Of a stretch of DNA of 64,000 nt, positions 1 through 12,646 are shown in pieces (within the stretch, counting starts at the first letter, position 1; every line of letters starts with the position of its first letter). This DNA is from Octopus bimaculoides (Eukaryota), in NCBI RefSeq assembly GCF_001194135.2, contig NC_068982.1:109027094-109091093 (forward strand), given 5' to 3'. A program made the translations under genes and the position numbers. The notes below the pieces were generated by a model. The model did no database searches and was not told the DNA's origin. It saw only the letters and a list, made by a program, of their open reading frames with translations.

Positions 1-470
1 TTGTTTATCATAGAGATATGCTGACTTGATATTGCTTGGTTTCACATGGAATGTTATTTTAGAAAACTGGTATAATTTACTGTCTATATTTTTTGTTTAC
101 TGTAGCTGAATATATCTTAAGGTAATTTTTTCCTGATAAAAGTGAGAGTTAATCTCGTAGACTCCATAACTATCTTCTTAATAGTAATAGTTCCCATTTT
201 AAAGTGTTGTTTTATGGCCAGGCGCTCTTCCTGTTGGCTCTTACAACATACATATATACTACTATTCTAATATACCTATTCTAAAATAGGACTAGACCAA
301 TTCTATAATTGGGATATGTGCAGTTTTTGCTCTAGCTGTATTATAAATCTCTATATTTCTGGGCAGATAAAGCTGCTTTAACGATAAGTATAACTAATTT
401 CTTTGCTGCAAAGCCTTTACTTGGCCTTGGATGGATGAATGTTAAATTGACCAAAGTATGGTTTTAACTA

Positions 471-722
471 TGGAGGCGCGTGGCCTAGTGGTTAGGGTGT
501 CAGCACCATGATCGTAAGATTGGGGTTTCGATTCCTGGACTGGGTGGCATGTTGTGTTCTTGAGCAAAACATTTCATTTCACGTTGCTCCAGTCCACTCA
601 GCTGGCAAAAATGAGTAACGCTGCGATGGACTGGCATCCCGTCCCGCTGGGGAACACATACGCCATGGAAACCAGGCCCATGAGCCTAGCTAGGCTTTAA
701 AAGGGCGCATTTATTTTATTTT
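471..722 (+). mobile_element. tRNA-derived SINE with intact 13-bp target-site duplication
   Basis: tRNA-like head with A-box (TGGCCTAGTGG) and B-box-like GTTTCGATTCC, central GTGTTCTTGAGCAA block, (TTTA)-rich tail; TATGGTTTTAACT at 457-469 and 723-735. Confidence 0.9.
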
Positions 723-1471
723 TATGGTTTTAACTCTGAAACTTTGACGTACTGAACAGGCTATAAAGCATCTAAAATATTTTTGTTGTTCTTGCCTTTA
801 TTTAAATTAGTAACTTCTGTCTAAATCATCATAGTTTTTATTTATTTACATTAATAAATAAGTAAAGACCCAAAAACATTTTCTCCACATCTCCCCAATT
901 TGAACAATGTGTAAGTATGTAGAATAGTGAAGGATGAAGAGCATATTTAGAATCAATCAACTTAGGCATAAATATCTTGTTTCTCTGTCCACATAGACTT
1001 ATATTACAAATGTTAAAAAAAAAAACAACTCAAAAATCAAGCAAAAACAATGGCGCTGCCTAATTATTGATGATATCATCTTCCACTACCCCTACACTTA
1101 AATATCTTTTATTAATCTCATTAAACATTGTTAGAAACATATTTTCGTTGAGATTTTTATTAATTGTTATTAGTATTTCTAAGATAGTTGGAATATTTAG
1201 TTTAGTTATTGAACCAAGCTCTGGTTTTGTGTTCAGCTGGCTGTGGACTTTGGTTCTACACATTTATTGATTCCACCCTACAGGATTGGATTGTGGGTAT
1301 TAGTGGGGGTGGTAGTGGGAAGTCTCTACACCATCTATGTGTTTGTGTGTGTGTGTTTTACTTCCTCTCATTCTTTTTTTTTTCTCTTTCTCACTTTCTA
1401 TTTACCTATTGATTCCTTCCTAGGCATCCTAATGATTGGTCTGTCTACCTTTACTTGATCCTTATGCCAGC

Positions 1472-1502
<31 letters not shown>

Positions 1503-3759
1503 ATATTCCTTTCTTTCTTTCTTTCTATTTCTTTGTAACTCTATATCCTCTTCTCAAATATACAGCATACACTCTACAATTAGCTATCATTTAATTTTTT
1601 AATTCTATTTTTATTTATCATATTAGTATATTTCTCTGTTTTTTTTCTCTCTCTGTCTTCAAATATCTCACTATTTCTCTCTCACCAAATGTCTGTCTCT
1701 ATTTTCAACTGCCTCTCTCCCTCTTTCTATTATTTGTTTAATTTTTTCTTTTAATCTCTCTACATTGGTCCTGTCTTCTCCTAATACATTCAGATAACGA
1801 TACAGCAAACACAGGCGCACACACACAGACGTATGTGTGTGTGTGTTTGCGTGCGTGCACATGCACGCATATGTGCATGCGTGTGTATGCATCTGAAATA
1901 AATCACAATTGATATTAAAAGACAACTGTAATTGTCATAGTAACCTATAGGGTGTGATTGCCATAGCCAGTTCATATCCTTTACCTAAATACACATCCAC
2001 AAATACTGCCAATATGCTTCGTCAATTTACTATGTGGACAAACACTTCAATATACAGATGTTAGACAAGCTAATGGAAGAGCCTCTCTATGGTTGCTTGA
2101 CCTACTAGGAATTGCAGCTAAATCTCATTTGAGATCAAGTTAGTTAACTGTGATTTGACACTATACGTAAATTGATGCTTGGCTTGGATGGTCTGTCTTT
2201 GAACAGAGCTCTTTTATTTCATGTTGCTGCAGGTGAAAGTGAGAACCAGCTCAGTGCTGGTGAAATGCAGGAGGGCTGAAAAGATGTCTTGTCTGCTCAT
2301 AACTATATAGGTCTTTAAACAATTAGCAAAAGCATGGTACCATGTAAACATGTTTCTCCTCTACAGCAAGACACCTTTTCCTGTCGTTCTATTCATACTC
2401 TAACCTCCCATCATCTTCTTTAATATTATACCCACCCATCTACCCACCAGATGAGGAGGTCTTATCTGGTGAATTACTGAGTGACTTCACTGATGCCGGT
2501 GCCACATAAAAAGCACTCAGTACACTCTGTAAAGTGGTTGACATTAAGGAGAGCATCCTTTGGCTCACTAGTTCCAGTTGAATCATCCATCTCATGCCAG
2601 CAGGAAAACAGACATTGAATGGTGGTGGTGTGGTAGAGATGGTACATGGTACCACGTCATACTTTCCTGCGAGTGACAGCTTTGTGATTATCTGTTTACT
2701 TTCTGATAAGGCATTGGCATATATAATAACATGACTATGGTAATAAGGATGCATCTTATTTTTCTCAATTTTGTTTTCACCAATTTAAGATTTAAGAAAG
2801 CGAGTAGTTGGATATTTAACTGTTATAAGTATTGTTGCACCTCCTTTTTCCCTCTTTTATATTGAAAAGTTTGGACCCATCTCTAATAATTAATGAATGG
2901 CATCTTAACTATTTATTCAGATTCTCTTTTATCTGATTGATTCTCTATTTAAAATATTAGACAAAAATTAAAAATTACATAATAGAGTAAGTTGGATTAA
3001 AATAAGTACTACGAATTAAATATATGATATTACACAATATGAAAATTGATTTCATGAAAAAGAAAAGAGCAACAGGTCTACTGGCATGGCTCACTCCCCC
3101 TCCAGCACACTGTTTAATGTTATTTGTATTAAAATTTCAACAGTTAATTTTTAACCTAATTAAAGAGTTGCTTCTTGTATGTAGAAATCACCAAATTGAA
3201 ACAGGACACCTTATCATACTACATATTAATAGAATAGCATATCTTGTTAATACCAAGTAAATGATAAATTATGTAGTAGAGATAAAATAATACTGTTAAA
3301 ATAACCCAAAAAAAAAGCAAGATTTATATGGTATCTAATTTGAGAAGAGGGAGTGGCAGTCATGCTGTAGTGTGAATACAGTCATTTTGTGAATAATAAA
3401 TATGTGATCTGAGACCAGTTTCTCTTTCTCAAATCGTGTTTATAATGTGAATTGTAAAACAAGGATTTTTATAAATCAATGGAGAGAGTCAATGTAACTT
3501 GCCTGAGTGTAGTTGTGTATTTCTTCTCATTATAAATTAAAAGTTCCTTTTGGCTCGTACTGCTTGTGTAATATAGCTTTCAATGTTAACTATATTTGTT
3601 GAATGTAATTCTCTTGCAGTGTAGTTTTATGTTTGTTATTATAGATCAAAATTTAATGCAATCTATCGTATGAGTAGCTGAAATTTTATTTTTAGTATTT
3701 CCTCTTTCAATTTATTGAGTATAAATAATCCTTTCTTTTTCAGATTAACTGTGTAGCTG

Positions 3760-3804
3760 ATGTCTGAAAGAAAACATTCCCATAGAAGTTCTATAAATAA
3801 TAGG
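3760..3804 (+). CDS. Candidate first coding exon (exon 3744-3804; MSERKHSHRSSINNR), unknown product
   Basis: Strong acceptor ctttctttttcag and donor AGG|gtaagc; all three frames are blocked upstream, ATG at 3760 is open to the donor in phase 0. Confidence 0.4.
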
Positions 3805-5530
3805 GTAAGCTTTATTTGCCTATTTCTCCTGCTATTTCATACCTGGTAATTTTTCCTGTCACTATGAACGTTAAGAAATGCAGATATTACCCATATTAAG
3901 AAAGGGGACAAAAAAAGAGAGAGCATTAAGGTTAATTTTGGTTTTTAAATGCTCATCTTGAAGGTCAGTGTTTCTTGAACAGTGAGGAATTATTCTTGTC
4001 TTACAAACTCTGAAGTTATTAATTCTTGGTAACCTTTTCAGAATAACCTCTCATAAAGCAAAATTAGATACTAATAATGATGAGGAGGATGATAATGCTG
4101 CTATAATTTAGAATATCTGTAGTGCTTTTGTATTAAACAAAAAAAAAGTTGAAGAAAATATTTTTCTTAAAAATACCTGAAAAAGGTTGATAAAAAAAAT
4201 ATCTGAAATACTTTAATTATTGCTATTGCCTTCCTTTCTGTAATAAAAGTTATATTAAAATATTTCCAGCAAATAGTTTTTCAAACCAATATTAAATACA
4301 TTTATTTGATATTTACATACATTATTGGTTAATAAAGTGAAACCTCTCCCCACCTCAGAAATTTTTGTGTGTGTGGTATGTGTGTGTATAAGCACAGCTA
4401 TGTGTGTATGTCTGAATTTATGTGCATATGTGTGTATCGGTTTGATCTTTCTGAAAATAATACCTAAACATTAAATTAAATGCAACTGGACTTAACATGG
4501 ACAACCTACTTCCCCCTTGTTTATATTTATTACTGTCTAAGAATTTATTAAAATTTGTGGCACACTCTTTAGAGTGGAGTGGTTTATGGGAGAGGAAATG
4601 AATTTCCTTTTATCAAGTTGAAATCTGAATAAAAATGGGGTGAATTTTGTGTTGATATCCTGAATCAATCTGTAAACCATGTCTCATTGAATATGGAAAA
4701 TAGAGAATGAAAGCATCAGAAAAACAAAGCTAATCTTTTCAATTCCATAATGCTTGTAAACGAATAACAAAATGATTGGGAAATTAATTGATTGAAAGCT
4801 TTCAGGAACAGCAGTGGTTTTAAATAGTGATTAGCCATCTTATTTTATCTTCACTCAAAGGGGTATGGCTTATATAAACCTGCACTCTGTCTGGCAGTGT
4901 GCTCATTTGAATATTTTAATATTCTTTGGGTTTAAAAAAATGTTTATAGCATGGACTGGAAGTGTTTATAAACGAATAAATATTAAAAAAAATTATGAGA
5001 TTTTAGACCAAGCATTGTTAATTATATATTAAGCCTGTTATTGTAGGTGTGTGCAAGTTGTATAGGTCAGCAACATAACCTCTTTCTGTGCATTTCAATT
5101 CTGTTTCCTCATTTGTGAAGATGAATCTCCCAATACCTGATCTAATAAAAATCTTTTCTCATCTGTGGGGCTCAACTTTCTAATGTCTAATTTAATGCTT
5201 GTGCAAGTGATACTAAGTATCTTTCAGTTTATTTCTGCTTCAATGGGTTTGATAGAAGGACTATATTGCTGTACTTTGCAATACATCTTGATACTGAGGC
5301 TTTGTTTCAGTTTAATGTGAGATTGGAGAAAGTTTTTGTCTCTTTTCCATCTCTTTTTCTAAATATATTATGTGAGTTTGTGTGTATGTGTGTGTGTGCT
5401 TGTGCTTAGCGAGGAATTTGTCCTGCCAGTTTCACTTGTCCTAAATATATATGTGAAATGTCTTCAGATGTATCTATGCTATATGATCTATGCACTTCAC
5501 CAAAAAAATGGACTTATGATGATTATATAT

Positions 5531-5893
5531 ACTCTTTTACTTGTTTCAGTCAGTTGACTGCGGCTATGCTGGGGCACTGCCTTGTAGGGTTTTAGTCAAA
5601 ATCGACCCCAGGACTTATTTTTAAGCCTAGTACTTATTCTGTTAGTCTCTTTTGTTAAACTTCTAAGTTATGGGATGTAAACACACCAACGCCAGTTGTC
5701 AAGCAGTGACGGGGGTGCAAACACAGACACAAAGATATATATGACGAGCTTCTTTCGGTTTCTCCCTACCAAATCCACTCACAAGACTTTGATTTGCCTG
5801 AGGCTATAGTAGAAGACACTTGCCCAAGGTGCCATGCATTGGGACTGAACTCAGAACCATGCGGTTGGGAAACAACCTTCTTACCACACAGCT
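5531..5893 (-). mobile_element. Long composite tRNA-derived SINE (family S1, resembling octopus OK/OR-type SINEs)
   Basis: Colinear with the full-length + strand copy at 32832-33247 (tRNA head, GACACTTGCCCAAGG core, internal microsatellite, 3' GAAACAAGTAAAAGAG). Confidence 0.9.
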
Positions 5894-6289
5894 ACAATAT
5901 ATATATGCACACTGGTTTCAACCATTGGATTGTAGTCAAGCTGGAGCACTACCTTCCAGGGGTAATTGATTGTATCGACTTTATTTCTTGATCGGTACCT
6001 TTTTTAAAGTGACCTCAGACAGATGAAATGCAGTGTAAACCTGGGCATGTTTTGAATTCTGAATGTCATCAGATACTACAAGGTAATTTACCTGATATTC
6101 TACTGATTCTAATACCCAAAGTGCTTTTGATTCTTCCATCCCAACTCTAATCAAGGTAGTTTCTATGTAGTTATTCACCTGCCAAACTCAATTATTTGAT
6201 GCAGATAAAGACACATTGAATAATGTATTTCTAAATACTCCTTAAATGATGGGATGCTTTTGAGCATAAGTTTACACAATAAATGTTGA

Positions 6290-6507
6290 TCTGGAGCTGG
6301 TGCCATGTAAAAGCACTTGTGCCATGTTAAAATTACCCAACATGCACTGTATAGTGGTTGGCATTGGGAAGGGCATCCAGCTGTAGGAATCAAGACAAAA
6401 TCATACTGGAACCTGGTGCAGCTCTCCAGCTTGCCAGCTCTGGTCAAACTGTCCAACCCATGCCAGCATGGAAAACAGATGTTAAAGGATGATGATGATG
6501 ATGATGA
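6290..6507 (+). mobile_element. RTE-LINE 3'UTR-derived fragment with (GAT)n tail
   Basis: GTGGTTGGCATTGGGAAGGGCATCCAGCTGTAG...CCATGCCAGCATGGAAAAC + GATGATGAT; homologous to the 3' end of 6533-6980. Confidence 0.8.
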
Positions 6508-6532
6508 TATATATATATATATATATATATAT

Positions 6533-6980
6533 GACTACGGACCGAGACCTTTGGAAATGGGCTGTGCGTGAGAAGACCCGGCAAGCCAAGTAAGATCGTT
6601 GCCAGTGCCCCTGGACTGGTTCTTGTGCGGGTGGCACATGAGATGCACCATTTTGAGCGTGGCCGTTGCCAGTACCGCCTGACTGGCTCCTGTAGGATTT
6701 TCGAGCGAGATCGTTGCCAGTGCCCCTGGACTGGCTTGTGCGGGTGGCACATAAAAGACACCATTTCGAGCGTGGCCGTTTTCGTGCGGGTGACACGTAA
6801 AAGCACCCACTACACTCTCTGAGTGGTTGGCATTAGGAAGGGCATCCAGCTGTAGAAACTCTGCCAAATCAGACTGGAGCCTGGTGTTGCCATCCGGTTT
6901 CACCAGTCCTCAGTCAAATCGTCCAACCCATGCTAGCATGGAAAGCGGACGTTAAACGATGATGATGATGATGATGATGA
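6533..6980 (+). mobile_element. 5'-truncated RTE-clade LINE: ORF C-terminus plus repetitive 3'UTR and (GAT)n tail
   Basis: Reads (M)TTDRDLWKWAVREKTRQAK* at 6531-6593, typical of an RTE ORF end; internal repeats of GATCGTTGCCAGTGCCCCTGGACTGG; CpGs retained; flanked by (AT)n on both sides. Confidence 0.8.
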
Positions 6981-7373
6981 TATATATATATATATATACT
7001 AAAGGTTGAATGTCTGCTATTCATCTACAAAATAGGATTAGAATCAACAACCAAGTAACTTTTTCCCCTTTAACATTAAATTTATCTCACCTGGTTCTGG
7101 TTACTCTGTGCATTGACCTAGTACTTTGATTAATCCTTTGTTCTGGTATACTTCTTTCTCTCTCTCTCACTCCTTACTAATTTTAAACTGATGGCATGAT
7201 GAGGTATATGTACTATGTAGTTGCTTTTTAGCCTTAAGTTAACGTTTATCAAGCAGATCTGTGATCAAAAGCATTTCAATCAAGACTGTACCATGTTTTT
7301 AGGGGTTTGTGGGACTACATTATATAATGTCCTTTCTTTAAGATTGTAGAATGAGACTTGATGGAGATTTTAA

Positions 7374-7582
7374 CCCTTTTGATACCAACCCGCTTGAAAC
7401 CGCCTCTGACTCTGTAGTACAAATGTCTTGTTTTCAAAAGTTCTGAATTAGAACCTTCCACCAATTTATGTTCCTAACACTAGCTTAATGATAACTAAGT
7501 TATTTTACTAAATTCTTTGTTATATTTAAAATTAATTGAAAGAAACACAGAGTATCTTAACAGAAATATGATAACAAAAGGG
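7374..7582. mobile_element. piggyBac-type MITE
   Basis: TIRs CCCTTTTGATACCA and (revcomp) CCCTTTTGTTATCA; flanks TTAA and TCAA (degenerate TTAA TSD). Confidence 0.75.
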
Positions 7583-8823
7583 TCAAGCAGATTACATTAT
7601 GAAATGGATGGGCTATTTGTCATTTAATATATTTCTAAAATTTGATTATTAAGTGAATCTTGACGGCCATCTTCAGATACAGGACTTTAGTTGGTAAGAA
7701 GGTGGCTGTAAAAGGTGAAGAAGAGAACGTAGAATGGTGACATCAGAAAAAAAAAAAAATAAATAAAGCCTTCCAGTGTTAGCTAAAATATGTTAATGAG
7801 AGTGTAAATAAGTGGTATTCAACCTAGTTGCTCACAGTAAACACTGCCTTGTGCAGCACTGGAAATAAAAATATAAGAACTTCCAAAGCAACAGCATTGA
7901 TAAAAATATAAGAACTCCCTCCAAGGCAACAGGATTGATAAAACTTCTTCAAGAAAACAAGTGGAGTTCTCAGAAAAAACCCCAAAAAACCCAATAAGCA
8001 AAGAAATTAGCCCAAGTGAAAAGGCGATCTGGTGGGAATCAGCTGATTAATGCTTAAACTATGGCACAAATGAATCAATCTCAGCTTTTGATTTTATGAG
8101 TGTGATCATGGTAAATATAGTGTATTTTAATTTGGGGATTGGTTATTTATATGATGGGTGGAGCACTGCATTGCTCATTGAGTGTATTGGTAATAAGAGG
8201 ACCTTAATGCTACAAAGGAGTGAGAAAGATCTAATAAGAAGATAATAATAATAATAATAATAATACAAAAGATATGGAGTAAATGGGTAAATAATGTCCT
8301 TAATAAAAGGAGTGGAGGAATTTAGGGAAGTTGGAGGTGCAAGATAAAGGGTGAGGTGAGGGAAGGAAATGGGTAAATTGTTGGAAGGTGAATGACAGTT
8401 CTTTTATGTGAAAGTGGGAAGGGAAAGGACTTAGTGGATTTGTATGATGGAAAATGGAAGAAATGAATCCATGAATGAAAAGAAAATATGTATGGAGATA
8501 TGTTTAGAAGTCATGATAGGGAGGGCATGTTGAGAATTGATTGGGGAAAATGGAATTAGTGGATAAAATGTGGAGTGCAGGTCAGTGCAAGTTGGTTTGA
8601 TGAGAGAGAGAGTGGGGATTAGAGTGATTGGGAATTGAGAAAAGTGTGGAAGGGAGGGATTTCCTTTTGTTCTTTTATTTGAAATATGCTATTGCCCATA
8701 GCCCTTTCTGGTCCTCCCAGACTGGTGAGATGACTAGAGTAAGGATAGATGAAGGAGGAGTGAGTGCAGAAAGAATAACATGAGTATTTAGGGTGTGGAG
8801 GGAAGAAAAGGAGTGGAGTGAGC

Positions 8824-8825
<2 letters not shown>

Positions 8826-8889
<64 letters not shown>
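8826..8889. repeat. (GT)n-(AG)n microsatellite inside a purine-rich low-complexity tract (about 8200-9200)
   Basis: Read directly from sequence. Confidence 0.95.
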
Positions 8890-9179
8890 AAAAGGAGTTG
8901 AACGATGTGACAACAGAAAAGGGTGGAGTGAAGTGAAAATGGAAGGTGGAAAGAGAGTAAAAGAAGTGAAGATGAAGAGGGTGGTGGTGGTGGTGGGGAG
9001 AAGGAGTAAGAGTGAAATGGAAAAGTCAGAGTAGCAAGAAATGAGTGTCGATTGATCTGGAATAAATGTTTAAGAATGAAGAAACGGAGAAAGGGACATA
9101 GAATCAGAGTGTGGAGGTAATGAATGAGAGAAGGTGCAAAGGAAATGAATGACCGAGGAAAATGAAGAGGAATAAAATG

Positions 9180-9275
9180 TGAGAGATGAGGAAGTAGTAA
9201 ACAAGACACAAACAGAAGTCAAAGACAGTTGCAGCATCAGCACTATCAGCCTCCCTCTGCTGCTGTTGCAATAGC

Positions 9276-9310
<35 letters not shown>

Positions 9311-9560
9311 TAGCAGCAGGAATGGCATCAGCATCATCATCATCTTCCTTATCAACACCTGCAACAACAGCAGCAGGCATGCAGTTACTTATACAACTGC
9401 TGCTGCTGCTGTTGATGACAACAACTGGCTGCTGCTATGTGTTTCTCTCATGTGCTGCCGTGCTTGAGGGACTAGTGTTTGCGATGATGTTCTTTATTCT
9501 GGCAGGTGGACAGTAATGAAATAGATGATGATGGCCTTCTCTCACCCTTCTTCATCTTCT

Positions 9561-9593
<33 letters not shown>

Positions 9594-9850
9594 GTTGCTG
9601 TTGTTGTTATCACCGCTGCTGTTGCTGATGTTTATGTTTGGGAAGCTGTGTTGTCTTCTTAGGTGCTGCTGCTACTGCTGCTGTCATCTTTGTCATTGTC
9701 AGTTGGCCTCATCAGTGTGACACTGAGCTTCATGCTGTCATCATCTTTGTTACTGCTGCTGTTCTTGTTGCTGCTTCTTTTGGAAGTGGCATCAGACAAC
9801 ACCATCCCCATGACCGCTGTTGATGCTTCATGTTGCTTAGAGCTCAGTTG
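9180..9850. repeat. Compound trinucleotide low-complexity region (TAG, CTA, CAG/CTG, CAT)
   Basis: Perfect (TAG)n near 9275-9305 and (CTA)n near 9562-9593 among degenerate triplets; the poly-L/V/S ORFs are artefacts. Confidence 0.9.
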
Positions 9851-10086
9851 AGTTTCAGAATTTTGGAGTTCTTATGTCCCACCCCAATCTCTCTTCCCGC
9901 ACCCAAATTCCTGTACTATTTCTTACTCACTTTCCGACCTCCCTCCTCATCAGGGTGGCTTTTCAACACATCAATCTTCCTCCCCTCCCCGCCCCATTTT
10001 GATTTTTTTTAAGTAAAGGAGCGGACAGATTTCAGCCGCTGTTTAACTACATTGACACTGGAATTACAACCTTCTGACCCCCAACC

Positions 10087-10172
10087 ATGGAGGAGGAACT
10101 ACTGTGTTTTAATTCCGAAACAGCAAGTTCTATATCGAGAGAGGATGACAGTCGAATCAGGGGATCACACAG
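10087..10172 (+). CDS. Candidate alternative first coding exon (MEEELLCFNSETASSISREDDSRIRGSH), unknown product
   Basis: Strong Kozak context AACCATGG, 28 open codons with ordinary composition, donor CAG|gtaaaa (phase 2), GC-box-like CCCCGCCCC near 9986-9994 and local CpG enrichment. Confidence 0.3.
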
Positions 10173-11597
10173 GTAAAACTTGGATAATCTCATTTATAAT
10201 TGTAGCAGAAGATGGATACAGTAATATATAGCTTGATACACAGATATTGGATAATTTGTTTTGGTAGATAGATAGGGAGCTAGAAAGATAGATTGATAGA
10301 CAGATAGATAGCTGGATGGCTGGAAGTAGATGAATAGATGGATAAAGTGAAACAAAGATGGTTAACTAAGGTGGTTGGATGGAACTTGATGAGTGGATGG
10401 AATTATATCTGTTGATGAGTGAATGAATAGAACTAAATACATACATAGGTGATTGGATGGAAGTGAATAGATAAAATAATAAGTAAAAAAAAAGACGTAG
10501 GTAGTACCCATGCTTGCTTTGTCCTCAATGAATTTATTGATGTTCTTTTGGTTTACTTGGTAGGTAGTGGGAGGGGGGAAAGCATGGGCAGGTGATGTTT
10601 GTGAAAATTGCTAAACAATTTCCTAACAAGTCTTAAGACACATGCTTGGTAACCTAAGATATTCTTATTTCATGGCTACTTGCAGCTTGTCCAATACTAT
10701 CCCCACTATCCCCTCATGGTTGAATATTATTACAACTGTTTGTCGATCTTTTTAATGATAAGGTGCCGCTTCTTTTGCTTGCTACTTGCATAACAGGCAA
10801 ATCTTGTACTAATTTTCTATCTTGTTTTATCATCATTAGCCTAAAATGATGATGATAGTGTTAGTTATAATGATAATAATTTATAACAATTTAGTTTTAT
10901 TATTTATTCAGTTTTTTATATTTCTTCTTATCTACAAGCTATCATCATGCATATATGTATATACAGATAGTAACATAACACAGGCAAATGTATATACAAT
11001 AAATTGTTCTATATACATGTAAAAAAAAATATTTATGCAATGCTTTACACACTTACAAGCAAACATACACAGACATGCACAATTAGTAGTCTGTTCATTT
11101 TCAAGTGTGTTCTCTAACTTCATACTTCAACTCACCAACACAGTTTAATATTGTTTTTATGTCATTTCTTGTTTAATCATGCATGATTTATTTGCTCACT
11201 TAACCACTCTATAAATTCTCTTAAACCAGGGTGGATGTTAAGAGTCTAAATCTAATGAGTAATTGGTTAAATTTCTTGGCTTGTTTTTAAAGTGACTCAA
11301 GCTTAAAAATATTTCTGCATTCTTAAGTACAACAGGGAAATGATATTCCTGTTCTATTTCGCATTCAGTGATTTTCTTCATGGGATATAAGTAATGTGTA
11401 TGTGTGTTTGTGTGTCTATGTTGTATATATACGTGTATGTATATATATGTATGTATAATTTTATGTCTGTAGAGTGGGTAATAATTTAGTGGATAAAGAT
11501 CATGCATTGTATGTTTATATTCTGTTGCTAACATTGTATTGTTCTCAGGCAAGATACTTAACTCTACTGGATCTGCTATACTTTCTTTTTCAAACAG

Positions 11598-11658
11598 GAA
11601 GTTTATGATTCTGACAAGTCAAGATGTTCACAACTTTCTCTAAGTTGTAACATACAAT
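11598..11658 (+). CDS. Candidate internal exon (EVYDSDKSRCSQLSLSCNIQ), phase 0 to 1
   Basis: Acceptor ctttctttttcaaacag, donor T|gtaagg; only the phase-0 frame is open, which matches the 3760-3804 exon. Confidence 0.35.
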
Positions 11659-12486
11659 GTAAGGACAGATTGCTTGTTAAAAACTATATAGTTCCTAATT
11701 TCATTGTAGCTACTGAATACTCTGGAGACAGTTTTTCTAATATTTTTCATTTCTCAAACAGCACTAAGCATAGATATGATCTTGTACAAATTTTCTTTGG
11801 ATTGTTCTTTGAAATGTTAGTGTTTAAAATTGGCAGTTTTAATCAGAGAGGCCATGACCCTGAAAATGAAGAGTCATGGGCATCGTCCACTCCTCCTCTG
11901 ATTAAGCCATAGAAATTAAACAATGTAACAAAAAAGAAAACAATATTTGTTGAACAGTGGTCACTGTAACCCATGGAGATCTCAATAAAAGGCCAAAAAA
12001 TAATTATAAAATGTAACTATTAGCATCCTAAAGGCTCCGATGCAACAACAGCTAATTTACTATTATTGTTATTTGGCCCCCAGGTCAACCCTCATTGAGC
12101 AGAACAATGACCAAAGGTGTTCCAACCATAACCACCCCTTATTTTTAAGAGTTTGTAGGATTACATTTTCTAAAATGCCCTTTCCTAATTTATGATATAT
12201 GGAGGTATGATTTAAAGTATATCTGCTAGCATTTATAACAGGCTAAGCATTCACTCAAAGGCTATATATCATTAGTTCTCACCTAACTGGACTCTAACAT
12301 AAATAATGCAGCACCACACACACACATTAAAATAAATACTTTAGTGTCAAATTAGCATTTGGTAAGTTCACTTAATATTTGTGGCAAAACCTATAGTTTT
12401 ATACTTTTTATAAGTTACTCTGAGGGAGGAGAATATTGTTCATCACTCTTGAAACCTTCTTTCTGGTTGGTGAGATTAATCCATAG

Positions 12487-12646
12487 GTGGAAGTACATTG
12501 CCCATGATCTTTGTTGGCCTCCTTACACTGGTGAGATTGATGCAGCTGTCGCCTATCCCAGACATTTTTATAGACCAATGTGTGATGGAAAATATGAATA
12601 GGGAAGGAATTAGTTGTCTGAAAGCATGCAATGAAATTTGTAAAAG
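12487..12646 (+). CDS. Candidate internal exon (GSTLPMIFVGLLTLVRLMQLSPIPDIFIDQCVMENMNREGISCLKACNEICK), phase 1 to 2
   Basis: 52 open codons of balanced composition in an AT-rich background; weak acceptor aatccatag, donor AAG|gtacct; an alternative frame (RWKYIAHDLCWPPYT, donor G|gtgaga) is also possible. Confidence 0.3.

Noticed and set aside
471-545. tRNA genes at SINE heads (also 18060-18135, 26920-26992, 32836-32900)
   Set aside because: A/B boxes are present but no complete cloverleaf, and each runs into a SINE body
655-672. X-box-like GCCATGGAAAC
   Set aside because: Only a partial match and lies inside a SINE body
1060-1263. 67-aa minus-strand ORF as a terminal exon
   Set aside because: ATG directly follows a stop, there is no acceptor, and the composition reflects AT bias
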